DNA of 64,000 bases from the human T2T-CHM13v2.0 reference genome, Homo sapiens, in contig CP068257.2 in the NCBI GenBank assembly GCA_009914755.4, positions 7,456,001-7,520,000 on the forward strand, written 5' to 3'. The translations under genes were made by a program, and so were the position numbers. Under the pieces are notes generated by a model. The model did not search any database and was not told the origin of the DNA. It saw only the letters and a list, made by a program, of their open reading frames with translations. Position 1 is the first letter of the stretch, and each line of letters begins with the position of its first letter. Shown piece by piece: positions 44,001 through 54,649 of the stretch.

Positions 44001-45722
44001 TCAAACATTCAGACCACAGCAGGAGTGTTCTGGAATCCTATGTGAGGGCAAACATTCAGACCCACGTGGCAGTGTTCTGGAATCCTAAGTGAGGGACAAA
44101 TATTCAGACCACAGCAGGAGTGCTCTGGAATCCTATGTGAGGGACAAACATTCAGAACCTCGTAGCAGTGTCCTGAAATCTTATGTGAGGGAGAGACATT
44201 TAGACCCTCGCAGCAGTGTTCTGGTATCCCATGTGAGGGACAAACATTCAGACCCTCCCAGCCATATTCTGGAATTCTATGTGAGGGAAAGACGTTCAAA
44301 CCCCAGCAGCAGTGTTCTGGAATCTGATTTGAGGGGCAGACATTCAGACCCCAGCAGCAGTGTTCTGGAATGCTATGTGAAGGACAAACATTCAGACCAC
44401 GGGAGCAGTGTTCTAGAATCCTACGTGAAGGACAAACATTAAGACTCTCATAGCAGTGTCCTGGAATCATATGTGAGGAACAACCATTCAGACACCAGCA
44501 GAAGTGTTCTGGAATCCTAGGTGTGGGAAAAACATTCAGAACCTAGTAGCAGTGTTCTGGAATCCTATGTGAGGGACATACATTCAGACCACGGCAGCAG
44601 TGTTCTGGAATGGTATGTGAAGGACAAACATTCAGACCCTTGTAGCAGTGTTCCGGAATTCTATGTGAGGGACAAACATTCAGACTACAGCAGCAGTGTT
44701 CTGGAATCCTATATGACGGACCAACGTTCAGACACTTGCAACAGTGTTCTGGAATACTAGGTGAGGGAGAAATATTCACACCCTTGTAGCAGTGTTCTGG
44801 AATTCTATGTGACTGACAAACATTCAGACTCCAGCAGCAGTGTTCTGTAATCCTATGTGAGTGACAAACATTCAGACCCCAAGAGCAGTGTTCTGAAATC
44901 CTATGTTAAGGGAAACATTGAGACCCCAGCATGAATGTTCTGGAATCCTATGTGAGGGACAAACATTCAGACCACGGCAGGAGTATTCTGGAATCCTATG
45001 TGAGGGACAAACATTCAGACTACGGCAGGAGTATTCTGGAATCCTATGTGAGGGACAAACATTCAGACCACGGCAGGAGTATTCTGGAATCCTATGTGAG
45101 GAACAAACATTTAGACCACAGCAGGAGTGTTCTGGAATCCTATATGAGGGATAAGCATTCAGACCCTCGTAGCAGTGTTCTGGAATCCTATGTGAGGGAG
45201 AAGCATTCAGAGCACAGCAGGAGTGCTCTGAAATCCTATGTTAGGGACAAACATTCAGAACCTCGTAACATTGTTCGGGAAACCTATGTGAGGGACAGAC
45301 ATTTAGACCCTCGCAGCAGTGTTCTGGAATCCCATGTGAGGGTCAAACATTCAGATCCTCACAGCAGTGTTCTGGAATTCTATGTGAGTGACAAACTTCC
45401 AGACTCCAGCAGCAGTGTTCTGTATTCCTATGTGAAGGACAAACATTCAGAATCCAGGAGCAGTGTTTTGAAATCATATGTTAAGGGCAAACATACCCTA
45501 GCATCACTGTTCTAGAATCATATGTGAGGGACAGACATTCAGACCCTCGCAGCAGTGTTCTGGAATCCTAGATGGGGGACAAACATTCAGACCCCAGCAG
45601 CAGGCTTCTGGAATCCTATGTGGGGGACAAACATTCAGACAATGGCAGCAGTGTTCTGGAATCCTACGTGAGGGACAAACACTCAGAGCCTTGTAGCAGT
45701 GTTCTGGAATCCTATGTGAGTG
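41065..45722. repeat. 48-bp-unit minisatellite/VNTR array of about 4.66 kb, about 97 copies
   Basis: Unit cattcagaccctcgtagcagtgttctggaatcctatgtgagggacaaa. Variants are concentrated in the gaccNNNgNagNag segment. There are local runs of identical variants (e.g. 44940-45120), indicating recent expansions. The unit lacks stops in 2 plus frames and 1 minus frame. This explains the ORFs 41494-42102, 42230-42733, 44931-45515 and minus 42177-42719, which read as (VLESYVRDKHSDPRSS)n and (HRIPEHCYEGLNVCPS)n. Confidence 0.95.
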
Positions 45723-47040
45723 AGAGTGCCTGGAGCCTACCCAACCTGACGCCCCCAAAGCCCTCACAGGGTCTGACCTCCCAGCATGCACCTGCCTCTC
45801 CCTGAACCCCAACTGCCCACCCTGCCTGTTCCCTGGCCTCCTTCATCCTGTGCAGCCCATAGACTGTGACCATCTCTGCAGCCACTCTGGCTCTTCCTTT
45901 ACCTTTGTCCTTTCAGAATCTCTGAGCAGGATCTCCCAGGTCCATCCAAACACGTGCTTTGTCCACTTTTGACTAGGCCCTTGGGCATCACTGGGCTATC
46001 CCAGCTGTCCACAGGGCCTTCAATAATGCACATTGCACCTGGCTTATCCAAGCAGTGCTCAGCAGCCCACATTGACCAGGTCCCTGCTGACCAGACCCCA
46101 CACATCAGGTCCTCCCTGATGACACCCTCACTGATTAGACCCTCATGACCAGGCCCCACTAACAAGGCCCCCACTGCCAGGCACACAATGACAAGGACTC
46201 CACTGACCAGGACCTTACTGACAAGGTCTCACTGACAAGGCCTCACGGACCAAGTCCTTACTGACAAGTCCTCACTGACTAGGTCATTATTGACAAGGCC
46301 TCACTGATCAGGTTCCACTGATCATGACCTCATTCCCTGGCCCCAAAGATGAGGCCCCACTGACCAGGCCTCCAGGGAACAGGTTGCCACTGATCAGGCC
46401 CCTAATAACCAGGCCTAAGGTCACCAGATGCCCCTGACTGGGACCCTAGTGAGTAGACCCCACTGAACTGGCACCAAATGCTGAGATCCCCGCTGACCAG
46501 GTCACCCTGTAGACCGGTGCTACAAAAGTCACCACTGACCAAGTCCTCTCTGACTAGGACACTACAGATTAGGTCCCACTGACAAGGCTGCCCTGACCAG
46601 GGCCCCACTGACAAGGGCCTCACTGATGAGGACACACCCACCAGGGTCTGCTGACTAGGTTCCATGTGCCCAGTCCTCCACTGAATAGCACCCCTTGACC
46701 TGGTCACCAGTGCCCCAGCCCATGCTGACCAGGCCAGCACTAAGCCCCAGCTGACCAGGTCTCCACTGATCAAGCCCCACAGCCCAGGTTTGCACTGACC
46801 AGACACCAAACAACTGGCAGCCAATAGGTCCCCACTCACCAAAACCCCCACTACTAGACCGCAGTAATGAGACCCTCTCTAAGCAGACCTCTGCTGACCA
46901 CGATCCCACTAAATAGTCCTCACTGACCTAGGTCCACTGACCAGGCCCACACTGATCAGGCCCCTCCTAACCACGCCGGAAATCCAAGCGGCAATGACAT
47001 GTTTCATATGGCAGAAGTTGGAACAAGACAGAGAGAGGAA
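45722..47040 (+). repeat. Duplicated segment, copy A: roughly 350 bp of unique-type sequence plus a degenerate 15-bp minisatellite; paralogous to 60488-61640
   Basis: Collinear, about 85% identity with copy B (e.g. cacctgacgcccccaaagccctcacagggtctgacctcccagcatgcacctgcctctccctgaa... versus cacctgacgcccccacaaccctcatagggtctgacctcccagcatgcacctgcctctccctgaa...). Confidence 0.85.
46090..46975. repeat. Degenerate 15-bp minisatellite (CCACTGACCAGGCCC-like), about 55-60 copies
   Basis: Recurring cactgaccagg / cactgacaagg / cactgatcagg units. Confidence 0.85.
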
Positions 47041-48125
47041 AGAGGTTCCACAGCCTTTTAAACTACTAGATCTCATGAGAACTCACTCACTATCAGGAGG
47101 ATGGCATTAAGGGCTTGGTGCTTTGCCATTTGTGAAGGATCCACTCCCACCCCTTTATGATTAAAACTTTTTCCACCTAGGCCCCGACTCTAACATTAGG
47201 GAGTGTACTTTCACATGAGTTTTGGAAGGGGCATAGAGAAAAACCGTATTATTCTGTCCCTGACCCCACAAATCTCATGTCCTTCTCACATTGCAAGATA
47301 CAGTCATGCCTTGCCAGCAGTCTCCCAAAGTCTTAACTCATTTCAGCATTAACTCAAAGTTACAAAGTCCAAAGTCTCATCTGGGTCAAGGCTACATTCT
47401 CTTTTGCCTACGAGTCTCTGAAATAAAAAGCAAGTTCACTGCGTCTAAGGTACAATGATGGTACAGGCATTGTGTAAGCTTTCCATATCCAAAAGAGAGA
47501 CATTTTCCAGAAAGCTTCTTATTTTTATCTGAGGCCCCCTCAGCCTGGCCTTCACTGTCCATGTTTTTGTCAGCATTCTTGTCACAGCCATTTAACCAGT
47601 CTCTAAGATGGTCCAAAAATGTTCTCATCTGTCTGTCTTCTTTGGAGCCCTCCAAACTCTTCCAACCTCTACCCATTACCCAGTTCCGAAGTTGCTTCCA
47701 CATTTTCAGGTATATTTATAGCAATGCTCCAGTCCTCATTTGCCATTTTTGGTAAGATTTATCTTGAAAAAGAGGTTTAATTGGCTCATGGTTCTGCAGA
47801 GTGGACAGGAAGCTTAGTGCTTCTGCTTCTGGGGGGCCTCAGAAATCTTTCAATCATTGTGCAAGGTAATGAAAGAGTGAATTGTCTCACATGGCAAGAG
47901 GAAATCACGGAGAGTAGGGAGTGATATAGAGTTTTCAGTGGCCAGATCTCACGAGAAGTCACTCATGATTGTGAGGACAGTACCAAGGGGATGGTGCTGA
48001 ACCACTCATGAGAAATTTGCCTTCATGATTCAATCACCTTATACCAGGATCCACCTCCAACATTAGGAAGCATAATTCAACATGAGATTTGGTGGGGACA
48101 CATATTCGAATTGCCTCATCAGTCT
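47000..48125 (-). mobile_element. MaLR (THE1/MST-like) LTR retrotransposon remnant on the minus strand: LTR, short internal region, LTR
   Basis: 47745-48125 matches the reverse-complemented THE1-type LTR (aagaggtttaattg.ctca...atggcaagagg...cacgagaagtcactcat...ccacctccaacattagg...caacatgagatttggtggggacaca). 47040-47290 is a second, more diverged LTR (catgagaactcactcactatcaggagg...aacattagggagtg...). Internal-type sequence lies between them. Confidence 0.65.
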
Positions 48126-49239
48126 TTGAGTATAAAGACATCCATAGCAGGCTTTATCCAGCCAGCTTCTTTGGGATTCTTTATAAGGTTTCAGATCTAT
48201 AGGATATCCACTAAAATATTCCTACTTCAAAAGGCAATAAAGTAAGTGGTATTATCATTCTTCAAAAAGTTATAATGGTAGTGTAGGCATTCATAGTATG
48301 ATTTAGTTCATTTGCTACTGTTTCTATTCTATCACCATATTAACACTTCCCTACACAATTCTATATTCAGCTGGGTTTCAGTTGAGCACAAAGTCATCCT
48401 TGTACTACCACCGATAGCTGGCACCAGCCCTTTGATACTGTTATCATTCTGCTGTAGAAAGTACCCGTGAACTGGAAAAAGTCCACACTCGAATAGCTAG
48501 TCATTCAACACTATCAAATTTTAGGTGACTTTTTGAAAAAATAGTATCTCTTGTTGAAAGAAATGCTCCATCTGTGATTTCAAGTCTCTCCCTTGAGTGA
48601 ATTGGATGGAAGTGGTGAATTTCAGCCAAAGTGGCCAAAGAAATCCTGTTCCTGTGATAATGACGCCATCAGCCTCTGCACCTCTGTCTTCCCTTCTGCC
48701 ACATGTTGTCTGTTCTCCGTGACTTTGGTAAGAGCTTCCTTGTGTATGTGGATGATGTCCAGGATGTTTGTCTTGTGTCCCTGAGACAGCACTAACAGGT
48801 CCATGGCTGGGTCCAGGTCCTTCCTGGACTGACCGGCAAGGAGCTTACTGATGTTCTTGAAGGCATCTCTGGTGAAGTGGATGGCCTAGTCAACTTCCAA
48901 GGCCTGGCTGAGGCTGAAGAAAAACTGGCCACCTTCTGATGCTCTTTCTAAAAGCCTGTCACTGTCATCTGCTTGCTTGTCAACTCATTGGCTGTGAGGT
49001 TGAGCTGAGTGGCCTGTGTCCATCTTCTTTGGGAAGCATTTGAAGCCATCAATCTTGCTCTCCCACCCCTAAAGGTTGATGGTCACCACCTGGGGATGTG
49101 CTGAGGGTCAGAAAGAAGCCAGCACTCACTATCTCATCCTTCTCAGCCTTCCTCTTGCACTCTCTCCAGGCTGTCTCTTCAGTGCTGGTGGGATATATCA
49201 GAAAGTGATGGAAGATGTGGCACTGTGCCCTCACCCAGA

Positions 49240-51900
49240 AGCTGGCCATGTGGTTGGCTCATCCACCAGAATGGATGCTCTGGGTGCTCTTTGAGCCAGC
49301 TTGGCTTTGCCTAGCATGCACAGGCTCCGGGTACCGAAATGTTGCTCTGAGTGAGCTTGTCCTGCCTTGGGCCAAATTCTGTTAGGCCAGGGCCACAAAA
49401 GGCCGAGTCCCACGGGTGGTAATCCTGGCTGCTTTCTGCACTTCCACATAAAGACCTCCTGAAGATGGCCTGTGGTCTACCTCTTTGCAACCAAGAAGCC
49501 CGCAGTGCCATATGAATCCTCAGGCATGGACTGGAGCCCCCGAGGAAGCACACACCCTGCTCCTGAGCCTGCTGCTCATTTTCTCTGTGTGGCTCCATTT
49601 GTGTCACAGTTGTTGCACAGACTTGTGCATGCTGGGCAAGGCCAAGCTGGCTCAAAAAGCAACCAGCCACCTCTGCAAGGTTGTGCCAGGAGCCGGTGGA
49701 CCGGCCACTAACCTCACTCACTGCTGGTTAGGTTACATCAGTTATTCTACCCTAGAGGTAGGGCCCCAGTGCCATATGCTTTTCCTCAGGCCTCTGCTCT
49801 ATCAGTCATCAGGCGGCAACCACTCAGGCTGTGGGAACCTGGCCATCCCTCCTTCCTTGAGTAGCTGAGGTTGCTGGCTTGTCCGCCTACTACAGGCACA
49901 GCCTTGCAGATGTGGCTAGTTGCTCTGAGCCAGCTTGGCCTTGCCTGGCATGCATAGGCCCCAGGTACTGACACTCTGCTCCGAGTCAGCTTGTCCTGCC
50001 TTGGGTCAAATTCTAAGTCTGGCCAGGGCCACAGAAGGCCCAGTCCCCTGGGTGCTAATCTTGGCTGCTTTCTGCACTTGAACATAAAGTCCTCCTCAAG
50101 AAAGCCTGTGGTCTGCCTGTTGGCGACCAAGAAACCTACAGTGCCATACGAGCCCTGAGGCATGGACTGGAGCCACAAAGGCAGTGCACGCCCCATTCCT
50201 GAGCCTGCTGATCATTTCCTCTATATGGCTCCATTTGTAGCACACTTGTTGCAGTGAGGCTTGTGCATGCCAGGCAAGGCCAAGCTGGCTCAAAGAGCAA
50301 GCAGCCACCTCTGCAAGGGTGTGCCAGGAGCAGATGGACCAGCTGCCAACCTCACTCACTGCCAGACGTGGTACATCAGTTCTTCTACCCTAAAGGTGGG
50401 GCCAAGAGGCAGACCACAGGCCATCTTGAGGAGGACTTTATGTTCAAGTGCAGAAAGCAGGCAGGATTACCACCCTGGGTACTTGCCCTTCTGTGGCCCG
50501 CAGTGCCATATGAGCCATGAGGCATGGACTAGTGCCATCTGCTTTATACAAAAAATAACTTAAGATTGATTAAAGAGTTAAATATGCCACCTGCTTTTCC
50601 TCAGGCCTCTGCTCCATCAGGCATCAGGTGGCAGCCACTCATGCTGTTGGAACCTCGCCATCCGGGCTTCCTTGAGCGGGTGAGGTTGCTGGCTTGTCCG
50701 CCTGCTACAGGCACAGCCTTGCAGAGGTGGCTGGTTGCTCTGAGCCAGCTTGGCCTTGCCTGGCATGCATAGGCCCCAGGTACTGACACTCTGCTCCGAG
50801 TCAGCTTGTCCTGCCTTGGGCCAAATTCTAAGTCTGGAGAGGACCACAGAAGGCAGAGTCCCCTGGATGGTAATCCTGACTACTTTCTGCACTTGAACAT
50901 AAAGTCCTCCTCAAGACAGCCTGTGGTCTGCAGCTAGGCAACCAAGAAACCCGCAGTGCCATAGGAACCATGAGGCATTGACTGGAGCCCCAAAGGCAGG
51001 GCACACCCTGTTTCTGAGCCTGCTGCTCGTTTCGTCTATGTGGCTCCGTTTGTTGCACAGTTATTACACTGAGGCTTGTGCATGCTGGGCAAACTCCAAG
51101 CCACTTAGAATTTGGTCCAAGGCAGAACAAGTTCACTGGGAGCAGCGTGTCAGTACCTGGGGCCTGTGCATGCCAGGCAAGGCCAAGCTGCCTTAAAGAG
51201 CAAACAGCCTCCTCTGCAAGGGTGTGCCAGGAGCCGGTGGACCCACCACCAACCTCACTCACTACCAGTCAGAGTACATCAGTTCTTCTACCCTAGAGGT
51301 AGGGCCCAACTGCCATCTGCTTTTCCTCAGGCCTCTGCTTGATCAGCCATCAGGCGGTGGCCACTCATGCTGTGGGAACCTGGCCATCCCTGCTTCCTTG
51401 TGTAGCTGAGGTTGCTGGCTGCTCCACCTCCTCCAGAAGCACCCTTGCAGTGGTAGCTGGTTGCTCTTTGAGCCAGCTTAGCCTTGCCTAGCATGTACAG
51501 GCCCCAGCTACTGACACACTACTCCGAGTGAGCTGGTCCTGCTTTGAGCCAAATTCTAAGTCTGGCCGGGGCCACAGAAGGCCGAGTCCCCTGGGTGGTA
51601 AACCTGGCTGCTTTCTGCCCTTGAACATAAAGTCCTCCTCGGCTGGTCTATGGTCTACCTCTTGGCAACCAAGAATCCTGCAGTCCCATACAAGCCCTGA
51701 GGCATGGACTGGAGCCCCAAAGGCAGTGCACACCCTGCTTCTGAGCTTGCTGCTCATTTCCTCTGTGGGGCTCCATTTTTAGGAAAGTTGTTGCATTGAG
51801 GCTTGTGTATGCCGGGCAAGGCCAAGCTGGCTCAAAAAGCAACCAGCCGCGTTTGCAAGGGTGTGCCTGAAGTGGTTGGATTAGCCATCAACGTTGCCCA
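49240..51900. repeat. Complex tandem array of a roughly 640-bp unit, about 4 copies; each unit carries internal inverted sub-repeats
   Basis: The direct motif tgtgcatgctgggcaaggccaagctggctcaaa occurs at about 49622, 50262, 51160 and 51800. Its reverse complement gagccagcttggccttgcc...catgcacagg occurs at about 49283, 49918, 50742 and 51470. A second inverted pair, cctggctgctttctgcacttgaacataaagtcctcctc versus its reverse complement, occurs at about 50412. Confidence 0.85.
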
Positions 51901-51959
51901 CTCAAGGAAGCAGGGAATGCATGTTTGTACCATGCATTTCACTACAGGTCATTTCCCCT

Positions 51960-52450
51960 GAGGTTGGTGGCCTAGGTTTTCTTCTAGATTTTTTATGGTT
52001 TTAGGTCTTACTTCTAACTCTTTCATCCATCTTACTTAATTTTTGTTTAAGGTGTATGGGTGTGGCCCAGTTTCAGTTTTCTGCATTTGGCTAGCCAGTT
52101 TTCCCAACACCATTTATTAAATAGGGTATCCTTTCCCATTGCTTGTTTTTGTCAGGTTTGTCAAAGATCAGATGCTTTTAGATGTGTGGTGTCATTTCTG
52201 AGGGCTCTGTTCTGTTCCATTGGTCTATAGATCTGATTTGGTACCAGCCCCATGCTGTTTTGGTTACTGTAGCCTTGTAGAATAATTTGAAGTCAGGTAC
52301 TGTGATGCCTCTAGCTTTGCTGTTTTTGCTTAGGATTGCCTTGGCTATGTGGGCTCTTTTTTGGTTCCATATGAAATTTAAAGTAGTTTTTCTAATTCTG
52401 TGAAGAAAGTAATGGTAGCTTGATGGGGACAGCAATGAGTCTATAAATTA
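51960..52450 (-). mobile_element. L1PA insertion, inverted 5' segment (twin-priming product)
   Basis: Reverse complement of an L1 ORF2 region roughly 4600-5150 of a full element: ...agccagttttcccaacaccatttattaaatagggtatcctttcccattgcttgtttttgtcaggtttgtcaaagatcagatg... Its source region is immediately upstream of that of the adjoining plus-strand segment. Confidence 0.8.
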
Positions 52451-53580
52451 CTTTGGGTGGTATAGCAGTCAGGCACAGAAATGTCCTTGTGTTAGGCAAT
52501 ACCATTCAGGACATAGCCATGGGCAGAGTCTTCATCACTAGAACACCAAAAGCAATGGCTACAAAAACCAAAATTTACAAATGGGATCTAACTAAACTTA
52601 AGAGTATCTGCAGTGCAAAAGAAACTATTATCAGAGTGAACAGGCAACCCACAGAATGGGAGAACATTGTTGCAATCTATCCATCTGACAAAGGGCTAAT
52701 ATGCAGAATCTACAAAGAACAAATTTACAAGAAAAAAAAAACCATCAAAAAGTGAGCAAAGGGTATGAACAGACACTTACCAAAGAAGACATTTATACAG
52801 CCAACGAACATGTGAAGCAAAGCACATCATCACTGGTCATTAGAGAAATGGAAATCAAAACCACAATGAGATACAATCTCACACCACTTAGAATGGTCAT
52901 CGTTAAAAAATCAGGAAAAAACAGATGCTAGAGAGGATGTGGAGAAATAGCAAAGCTTTTACACAGTTGGTGGGAATATAAATTACTTCAACCATTGTGG
53001 AAGACAGTGTGACAATTCCTCAAGGATCTACAACTAGAAATATCATTTGACCCAGCAATCCCATTACTGGGTATATACCCCCAAAATTATAAATCATACT
53101 AATATAAAGACACATGAACCTGTCTGTTTATTGCGGCACTGTTCACAACAGCAAAGACTTGGAACCAACCCAAATGCCCACCAATGATAGACTGGATAAA
53201 GAAAATGTGGCATATATACACCACGAAATACTATGCAGCCATAAAAAGGGATGAATTCACGTCATTTGCTGGGACATGAATGAAGCTGGAAACCATCATT
53301 TTCAGCTAACTAACAGAAGAACAGAAAACCAAACACCACATGTTCTCACTCATAACTGGGAGTTGAACAATGGGAACACATGGACACAGGAAGGGGAACA
53401 TCACACACCAGGGCCTGTCAGGGTGGGGGGCTAGGAGAGGGATGGCATTAGGAGAAATAACTAATGTAGATCATGGGTTGATGGATGCAGCAAGCCGCCA
53501 TGGCATGTGTATACCTATGTAACCTGCATGTTCTGCACATGTACCCCAGAACTTAAAGTATAATTTAAAAAAAAAAAGAA
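52450..53580 (+). mobile_element. L1PA insertion, direct 3' segment (ORF2 C-terminus plus 3' UTR plus poly-A)
   Basis: ggcaataccattcaggacatagccatgggc... through ORF2 C-terminal peptides (ORFs 52453-52755 and 52701-52931) to the 3' UTR and A11 at about 53570. Confidence 0.9.
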
Positions 53581-53892
53581 ATTTGCTTTTAATTAAGCTT
53601 TTAATCATAGAACTTGTGAAGAAAATCCTTTTGAATCTTTTATTACCACATCATAGCTGGGACAAACCGCTGACGCTTTAAAAGTAACATAAATATCAAA
53701 CAGAAAGAACTAGACTTAGGAACCAAACTCAGGTTTCTGTAGTGAACAGGGCAGAATCTTCACACTGGGTCACCACCACTACTCCTTCAGTTTAGCCTTG
53801 GCTAGCAAAAGGGTGGCCTTGTTATGTAGATGAGACCACTTATGTAAAAAAAAAAAAGTTTTAAAAAATAATTTCTGCTAACTGGAATGTTT

Positions 53893-53930
53893 TTTGTTGT
53901 TGTTTATTTGTTTGTTTGTTTGTTTGCAGC
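53893..53930. repeat. (GTTT)n microsatellite
   Basis: gttgttgtttatttgtttgtttgtttgtttgc. Confidence 0.9.
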
Positions 53931-54649
53931 CATAGGAGTTTTAGCCAATTCAGAGGCCTTGCTCCCCACAATTTGGAAAATTCCTTTGGATTTGACCAAG
54001 TCAGGAAGAGAAGGGAGAAAAGTGAAACAACAATAAAGCCCCAAGCATAAACAAACAAAAAGAGTTAAGCAAAACAACAAATGCACAATTCATATGATTA
54101 CTGAGTGTTCTAATGGTAAGGAGAAACTAAAAGCAGAAATTAAAAGCAGCTGGTGAGTAATCTTAAATTTTAGTCATTAAGGACAAATTTTAAGACAAAA
54201 CTCTAATTCAGCTACTTACCTGGAAACAAGGCTCAGGCTGGTGATCGTTCTCTGCCATCTTAGAAGCTGGAAACAACTTACACTCACCTTCCCTGTCAGA
54301 AGCAAGCTGAAACTCAGGAAAGGAGGTGCCTGCTCTCCATCACCACAGAAGCAGGAAAACTTGCCTTCCTTGTTGGAAATGAGTAAAACTTCAGAAAAGG
54401 AGTTGTACAGAAAAATCAAACTTAGATCTCAACCAGATTTTGGGAGATCAGGGACTCTTTGCAGGGGAGAAGCTCCACAACCTCAGCAAATTATCCTGTT
54501 GGTTTGGGCAATAAAGATAGCCCATGTTGGTATCAATCAATAACGAGATTTATCAAAGGTCAGGGCCACCTTTGTAATGACCTTCTCTGTCTTTTTTTAT
54601 CTTTATTGGTATATACGTTTTGTCGAAACTGGGAGTGTAACACCTGATT

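Noticed and set aside
41494-45515. Long ORFs (up to 202 aa) with 16-aa repeating peptides on both strands inside the 48-bp array, which could be read as a repetitive protein-coding gene or overlapping antisense genes
   Set aside because: The open frames follow from the unit simply lacking stop codons in those frames. The frame is broken every 300-600 bp. I see no start context, no splice signals and no codon-usage signal. The peptide repeats are identical copies rather than diverged under selection.
48600-49250. A repeat-free stretch with 60-70 aa ORFs on both strands (e.g. ...DLDPAMDLLVLSQGHKTNILDIIHIHKEALTKV... on the minus strand) that I considered as a processed pseudogene
   Set aside because: I could not recognise any known protein in any frame. 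There is no poly-A tail or target-site duplication. I leave it as unclassified unique sequence.
41065-51900. The possibility that the regular tandem arrays are CRISPR-like arrays, or that the window holds a prokaryotic defence or accessory system
   Set aside because: The repeats are contiguous, with no unique spacers. The window is full of Alu and L1 elements, which are primate-specific. I saw no prokaryotic gene organisation, ribosome-binding sites or operon structure anywhere.
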